A stretch of 64,000 nucleotides of DNA, taken from positions 3,892-67,891 of the forward strand of contig CAYVUR010000001.1 in NCBI GenBank assembly GCA_964455185.1. Direction: 5' to 3'. The stretch is from an uncultured Gammaproteobacteria bacterium (GTDB lineage Bacteria; Patescibacteriota; Patescibacteriia; 2-01-FULL-39-33). The position numbers and the translations under genes are program-made. This document shows positions 48,217 to 58,068 of this stretch, piece after piece. A model generated the notes under the pieces. That model worked only from the letters and a program-made list of their open reading frames with translations, was not told the origin of the DNA and made no database searches. Numbering within the stretch: the stretch's first letter is position 1; each line of letters starts with the position of its first letter.

Positions 48217-51200
48217 ATGTTTTCTAGAAGAAAGAACAAAATTTTGATAAATATTGTGGCTACAATAATAATAGTCGCAATGTGTTTTGGTGTAGCTAGG
48301 CCGGTTAGAGCTGGTTGGCTGAATAATTTAGGTGCTTTTGGTGGTTTTGTTGGAACAGTTGCTGCTGGAGCAGCTATTGGAAGCTTATTTGCTATTAGTG
48401 CGCCGGTTTCTGTTCCGGTGGCTTTAATTGGTGGAACGATTTTGACTGCTGTGACTGAAGCTGGCGTCATGTATGTCATAAGTAGTAGAAAAGTTCAAGA
48501 ATCTGCTAATTCAATAGTAACTCCTATAGTTATGAATGCTGCGTTAACTGATACCTCCATTGGAACTTATGTTGCTGGTACTAACTTGCCCGAAAGTACA
48601 GGGGGAGTTTTAGAAACGTCTGCAAAAGCAATTGAGAGAGGAGTTAAAAAAGAAGATGTACAAGCGGCTATAGGAGGCATGAATTACAGTTATCAGCAAA
48701 CCGAGGCACTAAAAGCATCTAACCAGCAAATAAAAGATGATCCCAAGAATTCAACCATAGGTGATATTATTGCTCGCATGTTTGCTTGGCTTTTGTATTA
48801 CATAGCCGTAGGATTGGGTTGGGTTTTAATGTTGATTAGTTTTGTAATGCTTAAAATTGCTGTTTATAATAATTTTCTTAGAGAAGACGCAATACATTTA
48901 GGTTGGCAAATTATCAGAGATATTTGTAATAATTTTTTTATCATTTTATTACTTATTACTGCAATTAGTACTATGTTGCGTCAAGGAGACTTTAAAGATT
49001 GGCGTAGTATGTTACCTAAAATTTTAGTTGCTGCAGTAATAATTAATTTTTCTTTATTAATGTGTGGTATTTTTATTGATGTTTCACAAATTTTTACTCT
49101 TACTTTTGCTAGCCCGCTTAATTCTATTACAGGATACAATGTTATTTTAGCGGCTATGGGTATACCAAGCAGTATGCAATTAAGCAATCTTTCTTCAGAA
49201 GTAGGTACCACTGGAATTGAAAATATAGATCTAATAGCGGCTTTAATTTATGCGACAATAATAACTTTTGTTACAATAATAGTTATTACAGCAATAACAG
49301 TATTACTAGCTTATCGTATTATTATGTTATGGTTTTTAGTAATACTTTCTCCTTTACCTATTCTTTTATCTCTCTTAAAGAGAGGAGCTAGTTATGTTAA
49401 TTTATGGTGGGAAGAATTTTTTAAATATCTAATAGTAGGACCTGCAGTGATGTTTTTCTTATATTTATCCTTTATGTTTATGGGTAAAATGAATAATACA
49501 GGAACAGCTGGAAATACTTCTAATGTTTTAAATATTAATACTCAAAGTCTACCAACAGGTGCAACTATAGGTAGCGGCTCTAATGTAACTTTAACTTCAG
49601 GTAAAGATACTGTTAGTTTGTCTAATGCCGCTAGCCCTAATGGAGTCATTAATTTTTTAATTGTTATTAGTTTAATGGCCGGGTCTTTATTAATGGCTCA
49701 AAAAATTGGAACAAAAGGTTCTAAATTTGCTGGACAAAGTTTAACTTGGCTACAAAATCAAGGTAAGCGTTGGAGTGGATTTAATTTAGCTAAAAATTTA
49801 GCAAAATCAGCACCTAGAACTGTTGGCACCGCCATTGATGATAAATTGGGCCTTCGTCAAAAATTGTATGGAACAGCTTTTGCTGCTGGTGGTAAATATA
49901 TTCCTTTTGTTGGACAGGATTTAGGTAAAAGAATTGGCGTATTGGAAGAAGGAACACAGAGAAGAATTAATGCAAAATATAGTGATTTAGCTAAAGGTTA
50001 TCAAATTGATAAAATGAATGAAGAACAATTAAGAAAATTAGCTTCTAAAGGTGGATCTGCTGGAGTGGTGGCTACTCAAGCTTTAATGAAGAAAGGTTTA
50101 TTTAGAGATGATGATGAATTAAATAGAGCAAATAATATTGATATTATTAAGAAAGCTAGAGAGGCACTTAAAGGAACTGATTTAGGTAATACTTTTGATG
50201 AAAATCTTAAAAAATATAATCCTAGTTTAGCTTTTTCTACTATTTATGATGGTAAATTAGATAAATTACGTAGCGATTTAAAACTTGGAAAAATTGATAT
50301 TGATAAGTTAATGGCTGGTATGACTCCCGAGCAGATCAATAAACTCAAAGCGGATTTGGGTGGTGGCAATGGCGCTGTAGCTAAGTTTATTTTGAGTAAT
50401 TCTAGTGATATTGGTAAAACCTTAAAAGGTATGAATAAACAAAGTCGAGAATTGGTCACTCAAGAAATTGATCATAAAACTTTTGCTAAGCGCATCAATC
50501 CTGATGGTACGATTGCTGAATATGATGATGAGACTAGAAGGAAATATTTATCTTCAAAACCTGCTGATATTATGAAGATTTTTGATATGAATGACAAAAC
50601 TGAATTAGAAAAGGCTAGAAAACAATTTAGTAAGAATAGAGAGACTATTTTGAGGGAAATGGATCCAGAAGGTATGACCTCTGAATTTATTAAGAATTTT
50701 GGAGATTTATTTAATTTTAAAGAATTAGAGAAAAATTTCTCTGATCGAAGTTCTGAACATAAAACTGCTGCGACTAGAGCTTTGCAAGAACATCTTGATG
50801 CTTCACTAAAAGAGGTGAACTTTGAACAATTGGCTCAAAATTTGGCTCGAGCTATAGCCAGTGGAGATAAAGTTGCTATAGAAAAAGCTAAGAAAGAGCA
50901 AGCAGATATGGATGAATTAGTTAAGAAAAATTTATTGGCCCAAGGAAATTTATCACCATCAGTTATTAAAGCTTCTGGCTCTGATGATGCTTTAGAGAGG
51001 ATTTTGGGTAATCTTAATGGCGATGATGCTAGTAAAATTAATTGGGGTAATTTATCTGATCAAGAGAAAAATATTATATCTCAACATATTAATCCTAATG
51101 CTCTTAAATTGTTAGCAACTAGAGGAGATAATAATGAGTTGATAAGGGGAGTTCGCGATAATATTAGAACTAGAGCGAAGATAGATAATGATAATGAACA

Positions 51201-51537
51201 GATATTTAATAACGCTAAACAAAGATATAATGAAGCTAGAGGAAATCTTGAATCTTTAAGAAAAGAAATAACAGATTTAAGTAATGAGGCTGATGATGCG
51301 AAAAAAGCAGGAGATTCAATGACATATCAAAAGTTACAAAGCAAGATAAATAGATTGAAAAGTCAGGAAGCTACTTTACAAGCAAATTTATCTAAAGCGG
51401 AAAATGAATATAATCAGGCGTTAAATAATTATGCTTCTAATTTAGATGATAACAAGAATTGGAAAGAGACTGATTTGCAAAAACGAGAAAAAGAAATTAT
51501 TGGTAAAAAAAGTAAAAATAATAATAAAGAAGATTAA
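48217..51537 (+). CDS. VirB6/TrbL-like polytopic membrane protein with a ~600-aa helical cytoplasmic C-terminal extension
   Basis: The N-terminal ~500 aa hold about 8 TM helices interrupted by a large loop, the VirB6/TrbL topology. The C-terminal half is K/E-rich and predicted coiled-coil. It precedes VirB3/VirB4-like genes. Confidence 0.45.
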   Translation: MFSRRKNKILINIVATIIIVAMCFGVARPVRAGWLNNLGAFGGFVGTVAAGAAIGSLFAISAPVSVPVALIGGTILTAVTEAGVMYVISSRKVQESANSIVTPIVMNAALTDTSIGTYVAGTNLPESTGGVLETSAKAIERGVKKEDVQAAIGGMNYSYQQTEALKASNQQIKDDPKNSTIGDIIARMFAWLLYYIAVGLGWVLMLISFVMLKIAVYNNFLREDAIHLGWQIIRDICNNFFIILLLITAISTMLRQGDFKDWRSMLPKILVAAVIINFSLLMCGIFIDVSQIFTLTFASPLNSITGYNVILAAMGIPSSMQLSNLSSEVGTTGIENIDLIAALIYATIITFVTIIVITAITVLLAYRIIMLWFLVILSPLPILLSLLKRGASYVNLWWEEFFKYLIVGPAVMFFLYLSFMFMGKMNNTGTAGNTSNVLNINTQSLPTGATIGSGSNVTLTSGKDTVSLSNAASPNGVINFLIVISLMAGSLLMAQKIGTKGSKFAGQSLTWLQNQGKRWSGFNLAKNLAKSAPRTVGTAIDDKLGLRQKLYGTAFAAGGKYIPFVGQDLGKRIGVLEEGTQRRINAKYSDLAKGYQIDKMNEEQLRKLASKGGSAGVVATQALMKKGLFRDDDELNRANNIDIIKKAREALKGTDLGNTFDENLKKYNPSLAFSTIYDGKLDKLRSDLKLGKIDIDKLMAGMTPEQINKLKADLGGGNGAVAKFILSNSSDIGKTLKGMNKQSRELVTQEIDHKTFAKRINPDGTIAEYDDETRRKYLSSKPADIMKIFDMNDKTELEKARKQFSKNRETILREMDPEGMTSEFIKNFGDLFNFKELEKNFSDRSSEHKTAATRALQEHLDASLKEVNFEQLAQNLARAIASGDKVAIEKAKKEQADMDELVKKNLLAQGNLSPSVIKASGSDDALERILGNLNGDDASKINWGNLSDQEKNIISQHINPNALKLLATRGDNNELIRGVRDNIRTRAKIDNDNEQIFNNAKQRYNEARGNLESLRKEITDLSNEADDAKKAGDSMTYQKLQSKINRLKSQEATLQANLSKAENEYNQALNNYASNLDDNKNWKETDLQKREKEIIGKKSKNNNKED

Positions 51538-51544
51538 TTAATTC

Positions 51545-52963
51545 ATGGCGGAAAATAATCAAAATAAAATTCAAGATTTAGAAGAAATTAAGCAATCTAA
51601 TCCCTGGATTGTTGATTTCGGTTTATCTGATGCAGAAATAGTTGCCATTGTTAATCTTATTGGTCAAGTTATCTGGGGCGATATTGATTTGCAGGAATAT
51701 TCAGAAATGATTAAAAAAGTAATTCTTAAAGACCCTCAAATAAAGCGTCAAATTGAAATTGCCATCGCTAAAAATAGGCTTATGGCGTTTAAGGACGAGA
51801 TTGATGGAGTTGAGGATTATATTCGTTCATTAGGTATAACGGTTTTAGAAGTCAGACCGCCTCAAAAAGAAGAGAGTAGTCTTGAAGGTTTACCAGAAAT
51901 CAAATCTGATACTGCCAGATCTTCATCCGGCATGGCCTTTTCTATGTCTGATGAAAAAGAAATTCAATCAATAAAAGTTCCTGATTATGAAGAAAAAATT
52001 GATTGGGGTAGCCAAATAAAGTCTATAATTTCTCAATTTGGTTTTCGCGAATCAGATCCTGTTATTGTTAAACGTTTAGAAAATATTATTATAGCTAGAC
52101 TTAAAGATATTCGTGATGATTTAGAAACTTTTGATATTTTAACTCGATCACGTAAAATTGGAGGTATGGAATTTAGTGATACTCAAGCTGAGCAATTACT
52201 TTCTTTAATAAGAAATCAAGATTCTTTTAAGGTGGCAAAAATAGAAAATGATTTAACTTTAGCAAGTAAGCCTAAATCATCGGTAATCTCACCTAAAATA
52301 GAAATAGAAGATGGTTTACCTGTAGTTCGCTTACCGGATGATTTAATAGTTAAACCGGAATTATTAAATGAAAAAGAATTAGAAGAAGAATTAATTTTTC
52401 AAAAATCAAAAGAAACAGCTTCTAATATTGAAATCAATAATAATAAGGAGAAAGAATCTAACTTAGAAATTAAAAAAGAAGAAATTAATAAATCTAGTGA
52501 TAATAAAATTGTCACTAATTCTTTTACAACAATTACTCCTAAACCTGAGCCTTTTTTAGCATCTAAAAAAATACCATCAATTACTAATATTAAAAATTCT
52601 TCAAAACCACATCTTGATGGTATTAAAATAACTAAAACAATAATGGGGCCAATTGATGAATTAGAAGCAATGACCTTAATAGAATTTCGTCGTCTTTCTT
52701 CTGACCCTTTTGAAGCAATTAAAAAAATTCAAGAAGATATTGAGCTTATTAGTAAAGAAGGATTTGATCGGCGTAATGAAGCCATTGCCGCTTGGCATCG
52801 TAGTGAAGTTAGTAAGTTTTATCGTCTTTTAGGGCAACTTGCTATGTCAGAAGGAAAAAGTGTATCTTCAGTAATAGAAGAAAGATTAATTTCTGGCAAA
52901 CCAACTTTATCAATGAATGAATTTGAAGCGATCACAGAACTTAATAAATTAATTAGATTTTAA
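51545..52963 (+). CDS. Hypothetical soluble protein within the T4SS-like cluster
   Basis: 472 aa with no TM helices and no recognisable NTP-binding motif. It is translationally coupled to its neighbours. Confidence 0.4.
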   Translation: MAENNQNKIQDLEEIKQSNPWIVDFGLSDAEIVAIVNLIGQVIWGDIDLQEYSEMIKKVILKDPQIKRQIEIAIAKNRLMAFKDEIDGVEDYIRSLGITVLEVRPPQKEESSLEGLPEIKSDTARSSSGMAFSMSDEKEIQSIKVPDYEEKIDWGSQIKSIISQFGFRESDPVIVKRLENIIIARLKDIRDDLETFDILTRSRKIGGMEFSDTQAEQLLSLIRNQDSFKVAKIENDLTLASKPKSSVISPKIEIEDGLPVVRLPDDLIVKPELLNEKELEEELIFQKSKETASNIEINNNKEKESNLEIKKEEINKSSDNKIVTNSFTTITPKPEPFLASKKIPSITNIKNSSKPHLDGIKITKTIMGPIDELEAMTLIEFRRLSSDPFEAIKKIQEDIELISKEGFDRRNEAIAAWHRSEVSKFYRLLGQLAMSEGKSVSSVIEERLISGKPTLSMNEFEAITELNKLIRF

Positions 52964-52966
52964 ATT

Positions 52967-53416
52967 ATGCAACAAGTAGTTGTACCACAATTTTTAGATG
53001 TAGAAGATAAAATTATTGGGCCAATTACAGTACGTCAATTTATTGAATTAGTAATTGGAGCTATTTTTATCGCTATACTTTATAAATTGCTTTATTTACC
53101 TTATTTTTTAGTTGCTGGTTTTATCGTTTTTGGTATTACCATGATTATAGCTTTTGCTAAAATAAATGGGCAGGTTTTTCATATTTTTATGCTTAATTTT
53201 TTTCAGACAATGATAAATCCTAAATTAAAAATTTGGCGAAAAAGAGTAACTCTTAAAGAAATAAAAGCCGATTTATCTAAACCTAAAGAAGAAAATTTAC
53301 AATTAGTAAAAATGTCTCATCGACCAATAAGTTCTTCGCGACTTTCAGAAATCGCCTTAATTATAGATACGGGAGGAGTTTATCAAGGAGAAGAAAATAA
53401 TAATTTAATAAAATAG
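52967..53416 (+). CDS. PrgI/VirB3-like small membrane protein
   Basis: PQFLDVEDKIIGPITVRQFIELVIGAIFIAILYKL then a second TM, the PrgI-family pattern. It is immediately upstream of VirB4. Confidence 0.5.
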   Translation: MQQVVVPQFLDVEDKIIGPITVRQFIELVIGAIFIAILYKLLYLPYFLVAGFIVFGITMIIAFAKINGQVFHIFMLNFFQTMINPKLKIWRKRVTLKEIKADLSKPKEENLQLVKMSHRPISSSRLSEIALIIDTGGVYQGEENNNLIK

Positions 53417-53419
53417 TTT

Positions 53420-54100
53420 ATGGCAGGAAGAAAAGCTAACAATTCAACACCATCAACCCAAAGTTTTCTTCAAATTTCTGAAATAAAAGATGATACAATA
53501 GTAATGAAGGATGGTAGTTTGCGGGCAGTCTTATTAGTTTCAAGTATTAATTTTGCGCTTAAATCGGAAGATGAACAAAATGCAATTATTGCTGGTTATG
53601 TCAGTTTTCTTAATTCTTTAGAATCACCTTTACAAATAGTTATTCAATCACGCAAATTAGATTTAGATCAATATTTAGAGTTTCTTAAAGAAATTGAAGA
53701 AAAACAACAAAACGATTTATTAAAAATACAAATGACTGAATATCGTCAATATATTCAAGAATTGATTGAATTAGGCAATATTATGACCAAAAGATTTTAT
53801 GTTATAGTTCCTTATTCAGTTTTTGGAGAAAAAAAAAGAAGTTTTTGGCAAAGATTAAGTGATATTCTTGCTCCTGCTTCGGTGATAAATTTGGATCAAG
53901 AACGTTTTTTACAAAGACAAAAAGATTTATTTGTTATAGTTGATAGAGTTATGACTGGTTTGGCTAGTATGGGTTTACGTTCACAAATTTTGGATACTCA
54001 ATCACTAATTGAATTATTTTATAATACTTATAATCCGACAGTTTCTAGATATGAGAAATTACAAGATATTAATAAATTAATGATGGAACAAAAAATGTAA
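53420..54100 (+). CDS. VirB4-like ATPase, N-terminal fragment (split or frameshifted)
   Basis: FLQISEIKDDTIVMKDGSLRAVLLVSSINFALKSEDEQNAIIAGYVSFLNSLESPLQIVIQS resembles N-termini of Gram-positive VirB4/TraE proteins. It stops at an A6 tract (54090-54095) 4 nt before the next ORF, in a different frame. Confidence 0.5.
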   Translation: MAGRKANNSTPSTQSFLQISEIKDDTIVMKDGSLRAVLLVSSINFALKSEDEQNAIIAGYVSFLNSLESPLQIVIQSRKLDLDQYLEFLKEIEEKQQNDLLKIQMTEYRQYIQELIELGNIMTKRFYVIVPYSVFGEKKRSFWQRLSDILAPASVINLDQERFLQRQKDLFVIVDRVMTGLASMGLRSQILDTQSLIELFYNTYNPTVSRYEKLQDINKLMMEQKM

Positions 54101-54104
54101 TTTT

Positions 54105-56027
54105 ATGTTTAATCCTCAAGAAATAGAAAAAAATAATCAGTCACAACAAACTTTTGGTTATACTCCTCCACCACCTCTTAAAGGTGCTCAGAGATTAGCT
54201 GTAGAAACTAAAGAACTTGCTTTATCCAAAGAAGCTTTGGAAGAAGAAAAAATTTATCGCCGAGGAGTAGTTTCGGTTAGAGATTTAATAGCTCCCTCAG
54301 CCTTAGAAGTTAATCCTAATTATATTAAGTTGGGGGAACTTTTTGTTCGTACTATTTTTGTTTATGAATATCCTAGATATATTGCCGTAGGTTGGTTTGC
54401 TCCCATAATTAATATGGATATTACCGCAGATATTGCTATGTTTTTTTATCCAGTTAAGGCCGCGGTGATACTTAAACAGCTTAAGAAAAAGGTAGGTGTT
54501 TTAGAAGCAGGAATTATTTCTGCCGCTGAAAAAGGTGCGCCACGTGATCCTTTAGCAGAAACAGCGCTTAGAGACATGGAAAAATTACGTGATGACTTAA
54601 CTCAAGGAATAGAACATTTTTTTCAGATTTCTCTTTATGTAACTATTTATGCTAAGACTCTTGAAGAATTAGATAGAACTTCTGAAAGAATAGAAAATTT
54701 TTTTGGTTCAACGCTTATTTATTCAAGACGTGTTTTTTATCAAGCGGAACAAGGATTTAATTCTACTTTACCGATTGCATTAGATGAAATGCAAGTTTTT
54801 ATTAATATGAATTCTTCTCCAGCGGCGTCAGCTTTTCCTTTTGTTTCATCAGATCTTACTTCTGATCATGGAATTCTTTATGGGATTAATCGTCATAATA
54901 ATAGTTTAATATTATTTGATAGATTTTCTTTACAAAATGCTAACGCAGTGGTTTTTGCTACTTCTGGAGCTGGTAAATCTTATGCAATAAAACTTGAAGT
55001 GTTACGTAGTTTAATGATGGGAACAGAAGTGATAATTATTGATCCAGAACGTGAATATAATCATCTTTGTCAAGCTGTAGGAGGTACTTATATTGATATT
55101 TCACTTAATTCAGAAGGTAAGATTAATCCTTTTGATTTACCGCGTGCTGTTGGTGAAGATGCTAAAGCCGGAGATATTATTAGAAACGCAGTCATTACGG
55201 TTAAAGGTTTAGTTAGATTAATGATTGGAAACGTTACTCCTGAAGAAGATTCAATTATTGATCGAGCGCTTTTAGAAACTTATGCTAAAAAAGATATAAC
55301 TCCTGATGCTGATTTACGTTACGTTGAACCGCCGATTATGCAAGATTTTCAAGATATACTAGAAGGCATGGAGGGCGGAGAAAATATTGTTTTACGTTTA
55401 AAAAAATATACCGAAGGGACTTTTGCTGGCTTACTTAATAATCCAACTAATGTTAAACTTGATAATCAATTAGTAGTATTTTCTGTTCGAGATTTAGAAG
55501 ATGAACTTAAACCGTTAGCTATTTATACTATCGTTAATTATATTTGGAATATAGTTAGAAGCGAACTTAAGAAAAGAATTTTAGTAGTTGATGAAGCTTG
55601 GTGGTTAATGCAACGAGAAGATTCAGCTAAATTTATTTTTGCTTTAGTTAAACGTTGCCGTAAATATTATTTAGGAGTTACCACAATTACCCAAGATGTT
55701 AATGATTTTCTTACTTCTTCTTATGGACAGGCGATAGTTAATAATTCTTCAATACAATTATTGTTAAAGCAGTCACCGGCTGCAATTGATTTAGTTAAAA
55801 AAACTTTTTTACTTACTGAAGGAGAAAAGTATTTATTATTAGAATGCGGTGTTGGTGAAGGAATTTTTTTTGCTGGAGCTAAACATGTAGCGATTAAAAT
55901 TGTTGCTTCTTATTCTGAAGATCAACTTATTACTTCTGATCCGCGCCAATTATTAGAAATAGAGCGAGCTAAAAAAGAATTTGCTGAAGCTATGATGCAA
56001 GAAGAAAATATGCCTAAAAAAGAATAA
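54105..56027 (+). CDS. VirB4/TrbE-family T4SS ATPase (middle and C-terminal ATPase domains)
   Basis: Walker A FATSGAGKSYAIKLE, Walker B ILVVDEAWWLM, and upstream VirB4-family blocks (YIKLGELFVRTIFVYEYPRYIAVGW). Confidence 0.8.
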   Translation: MFNPQEIEKNNQSQQTFGYTPPPPLKGAQRLAVETKELALSKEALEEEKIYRRGVVSVRDLIAPSALEVNPNYIKLGELFVRTIFVYEYPRYIAVGWFAPIINMDITADIAMFFYPVKAAVILKQLKKKVGVLEAGIISAAEKGAPRDPLAETALRDMEKLRDDLTQGIEHFFQISLYVTIYAKTLEELDRTSERIENFFGSTLIYSRRVFYQAEQGFNSTLPIALDEMQVFINMNSSPAASAFPFVSSDLTSDHGILYGINRHNNSLILFDRFSLQNANAVVFATSGAGKSYAIKLEVLRSLMMGTEVIIIDPEREYNHLCQAVGGTYIDISLNSEGKINPFDLPRAVGEDAKAGDIIRNAVITVKGLVRLMIGNVTPEEDSIIDRALLETYAKKDITPDADLRYVEPPIMQDFQDILEGMEGGENIVLRLKKYTEGTFAGLLNNPTNVKLDNQLVVFSVRDLEDELKPLAIYTIVNYIWNIVRSELKKRILVVDEAWWLMQREDSAKFIFALVKRCRKYYLGVTTITQDVNDFLTSSYGQAIVNNSSIQLLLKQSPAAIDLVKKTFLLTEGEKYLLLECGVGEGIFFAGAKHVAIKIVASYSEDQLITSDPRQLLEIERAKKEFAEAMMQEENMPKKE

Positions 56028-56040
56028 AATAAAATATTAT

Positions 56041-56625
56041 ATGTTTATGTTAGACAATAGACAAAAAATAATTATAAGTTTATTAATCAGCGTTGCTATA
56101 TTAATAGTAGCTTTTTTTCTGTGGTTATTATTTAAGCCTAAAGAAGCTCCAATAAATTTAGTACAAACTCCAACTTCAACCATTCAAATCGGACAATCAG
56201 TAGTTGAACCCGTTGTTTTAGAACCCGCTAATCCATCTAGAATAGAAAATGAAAAACAATATCCTTTAGGGTCTAAACAGGTTGCTATGATTTTCGCTGA
56301 AAGATATTCTAGTTATTCAACTGATGAACCAATCAAAAATATTCAAGATCTTCAATCTTTAACTACGTCAGAGTTTTATTCGGCGATTATTTCTGAAGCA
56401 AAAAATAGACAATTTCCTGATATTTTTTATGGTTATTCAGCTAAAGCTCTAGCAGCTAATCTTATAGAAGTTAGCCAAACAAAAGCCAAAATAGCAGTTA
56501 ATTTACAAATAGAACAAACTATAGGTGATGGACAAAATAGTAATATTTTATATCGCACTTTAAATGTTAATTTAATTAAATTGAGAGAAGAATGGAAAGT
56601 AAATGGAGCCTCTTGGCAACAATAA
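56041..56625 (+). CDS. Bitopic membrane protein (N-terminal TM + ~150-aa extracytoplasmic domain); possibly VirB8-like
   Basis: TM IIISLLISVAILIVAFFLWLLF. The size and topology fit VirB8-type T4SS subunits, but no motif-level support. Confidence 0.3.
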   Translation: MFMLDNRQKIIISLLISVAILIVAFFLWLLFKPKEAPINLVQTPTSTIQIGQSVVEPVVLEPANPSRIENEKQYPLGSKQVAMIFAERYSSYSTDEPIKNIQDLQSLTTSEFYSAIISEAKNRQFPDIFYGYSAKALAANLIEVSQTKAKIAVNLQIEQTIGDGQNSNILYRTLNVNLIKLREEWKVNGASWQQ

Positions 56626-57251
56626 GTAATTATTTAATTGATTTAATTTTTCCTAAAATTTGTGTTTCCTGTGGCCAGCCAAATGAAAATTTGTGTAATT
56701 ATTGTAAACAATCAGTTAACCCTGTTTTTGGGACTAAATCGGTTCCTAATATTGACCAATTAATTTTTATTTGGCGTTACGATAACCAAGTAGTAAAATC
56801 ATTAATTAAATCTTTGAAATACGATTTTATTACTAGTCTTGAAAATGATTTACGATTTCTTTTTAATCAGCAAAATTATATTGAAAAAATTAGAGATTTT
56901 TGTTCTTCTGGATATTTAATACCAATTCCTTTACATAAAAAACGTGAACTTTGGCGAGGTTTTAATCAGTCAGTAATAATAGCTCAAATTATTTCAGAAA
57001 TAACTTGTTTACCAGTAAAAGATAATTTAATTAAAAGAATAATATTTACTAAACAGCAAGCTCATTTAGAACTGAATGATAGATTATTAAATTTAAAAAA
57101 TGTTTTTTTAGCAACTAAATGCTCAACTATTGATAAGACAGCGATATTAATTGATGATGTTGTAACTACGGGAGCAACTTTATCAGCTGCCGCTCAAGAA
57201 CTTAAAAGAAAAGGATTTTTATATGTTAAAGCTTTAGTTCTCGCTGCTTAA
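56592..57251 (+). CDS. comFC: Competence protein ComFC (phosphoribosyltransferase-domain, ComF family)
   Basis: N-terminal 4-Cys zinc finger (CVSCGQPNENLCNYCKQ) and the PRTase PRPP-binding motif ILIDDVVTTGATL. Confidence 0.85.
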   Translation: MESKWSLLATISNYLIDLIFPKICVSCGQPNENLCNYCKQSVNPVFGTKSVPNIDQLIFIWRYDNQVVKSLIKSLKYDFITSLENDLRFLFNQQNYIEKIRDFCSSGYLIPIPLHKKRELWRGFNQSVIIAQIISEITCLPVKDNLIKRIIFTKQQAHLELNDRLLNLKNVFLATKCSTIDKTAILIDDVVTTGATLSAAAQELKRKGFLYVKALVLAA

Positions 57252-57263
57252 TTTTAGAGACCT

Positions 57264-57292
57264 TTACAAAAACACTTTATTTATGCTAAAAT
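57264..57292 (+). promoter_or_regulatory. Candidate promoter for the tRNA-Ser pair (TTTACA-17-TAAAAT)
   Basis: TTTACA 57264-57269 and TAAAAT 57287-57292, ~38 nt upstream of tRNA-Ser. Confidence 0.45.
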
Positions 57293-57329
57293 ATGGGGGC
57301 TATGGGTAGTTTTAAAAATTTTTAATCTT

Positions 57330-57420
57330 TGGAGAGGTGGCTGAGTGGCTGAAAGCGGCGGTTTGCTAAACCGTTGAACGTCTATTTGGGCGTTCCGGGG
57401 GTTCGAATCCCCCCTTCTCC
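57330..57420 (+). tRNA. tRNA-Ser (GCT), class II long variable arm
   Basis: GGAGAGG-TG-GCT..GCGGT-TTGCTAA-ACCGT-[21-nt variable arm]-CGGGG-GTTCGAAT-CCCCC-CTTCTCC-G. Confidence 0.85.
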
Positions 57421-57438
57421 GAATATTTTGATATATTA

Positions 57439-57525
57439 AGGAGAGGTGGCAGAGTGGTTGAATGCGTCAGTCTTGAAAACTGAAGTCCCCTTAAAAGGAC
57501 CGCGAGTTCGAATCTCGCCCTCTCC
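57439..57525 (+). tRNA. tRNA-Ser (TGA), class II long variable arm
   Basis: GGAGAGG-TG-GCA..TCAGT-CTTGAAA-ACTGA-[variable arm]-GCGAG-TTCGAAT-CTCGC-CCTCTCC-G. Confidence 0.85.
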
Positions 57526-57556
57526 GCAAGAATTTTTTCAAAAATATAATAATTAT

Positions 57557-58054
57557 ATGTCAGAAAAAACAAACAACCCGGCTTTAACTGAAGCTTTATT
57601 TTATTGGCAACATCCGGATTATGTGGTTTATCACAAAAGTTTTAAATGGTATGCAATTTCTTTGATATTATTAGTTTTTGCTGTTATATGGACGATTATA
57701 GATGCCAATTATATGTTTGGTGTTTTCTTGGTTTTATTTTATTTAATACTTTTATTATTTGAAAATCGTCCTCCGGAAATGGTAGAATTTGCCATTACTC
57801 CAGAAGGAATTAAAAGTGGTAAAAAATTTCATTATTATCGTGATATTGATTGTTTTTATATTATTTATCGTGCCGAAGGAATAAAAAATCTTTATTTTGA
57901 GTTTCGTAACCCTTTAAAAGGAAGATTAGTTATTCCTCTTGATGGTCAAAATGCTGTTGCTATTAGAGATTATTTGATTAGTGTTTTGCGTGAAGATTTA
58001 GAAAGAGAAGCAGAACCATTAACTGAGCAATTACGCCGTTGGTTAAAAATATAA
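57557..58054 (+). CDS. Hypothetical small membrane protein (two TM helices)
   Basis: The track ORF 57446-58054 overlaps tRNA-Ser(TGA). The first Met after the tRNA (MSEKTNNPALTEALFYWQHPDY...) is the likely start. It has two adjacent hydrophobic helices. Confidence 0.4.
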   Translation: MSEKTNNPALTEALFYWQHPDYVVYHKSFKWYAISLILLVFAVIWTIIDANYMFGVFLVLFYLILLLFENRPPEMVEFAITPEGIKSGKKFHYYRDIDCFYIIYRAEGIKNLYFEFRNPLKGRLVIPLDGQNAVAIRDYLISVLREDLEREAEPLTEQLRRWLKI

Positions 58055-58068
58055 TATTTTTATATTAA

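Noticed and set aside
57366-57572. 68-aa minus-strand ORF, and the 5' 111 nt of the plus ORF 57446-58054
   Set aside because: Both overlap the two tRNA-Ser genes. The downstream protein most likely starts at the first Met after the tRNA.
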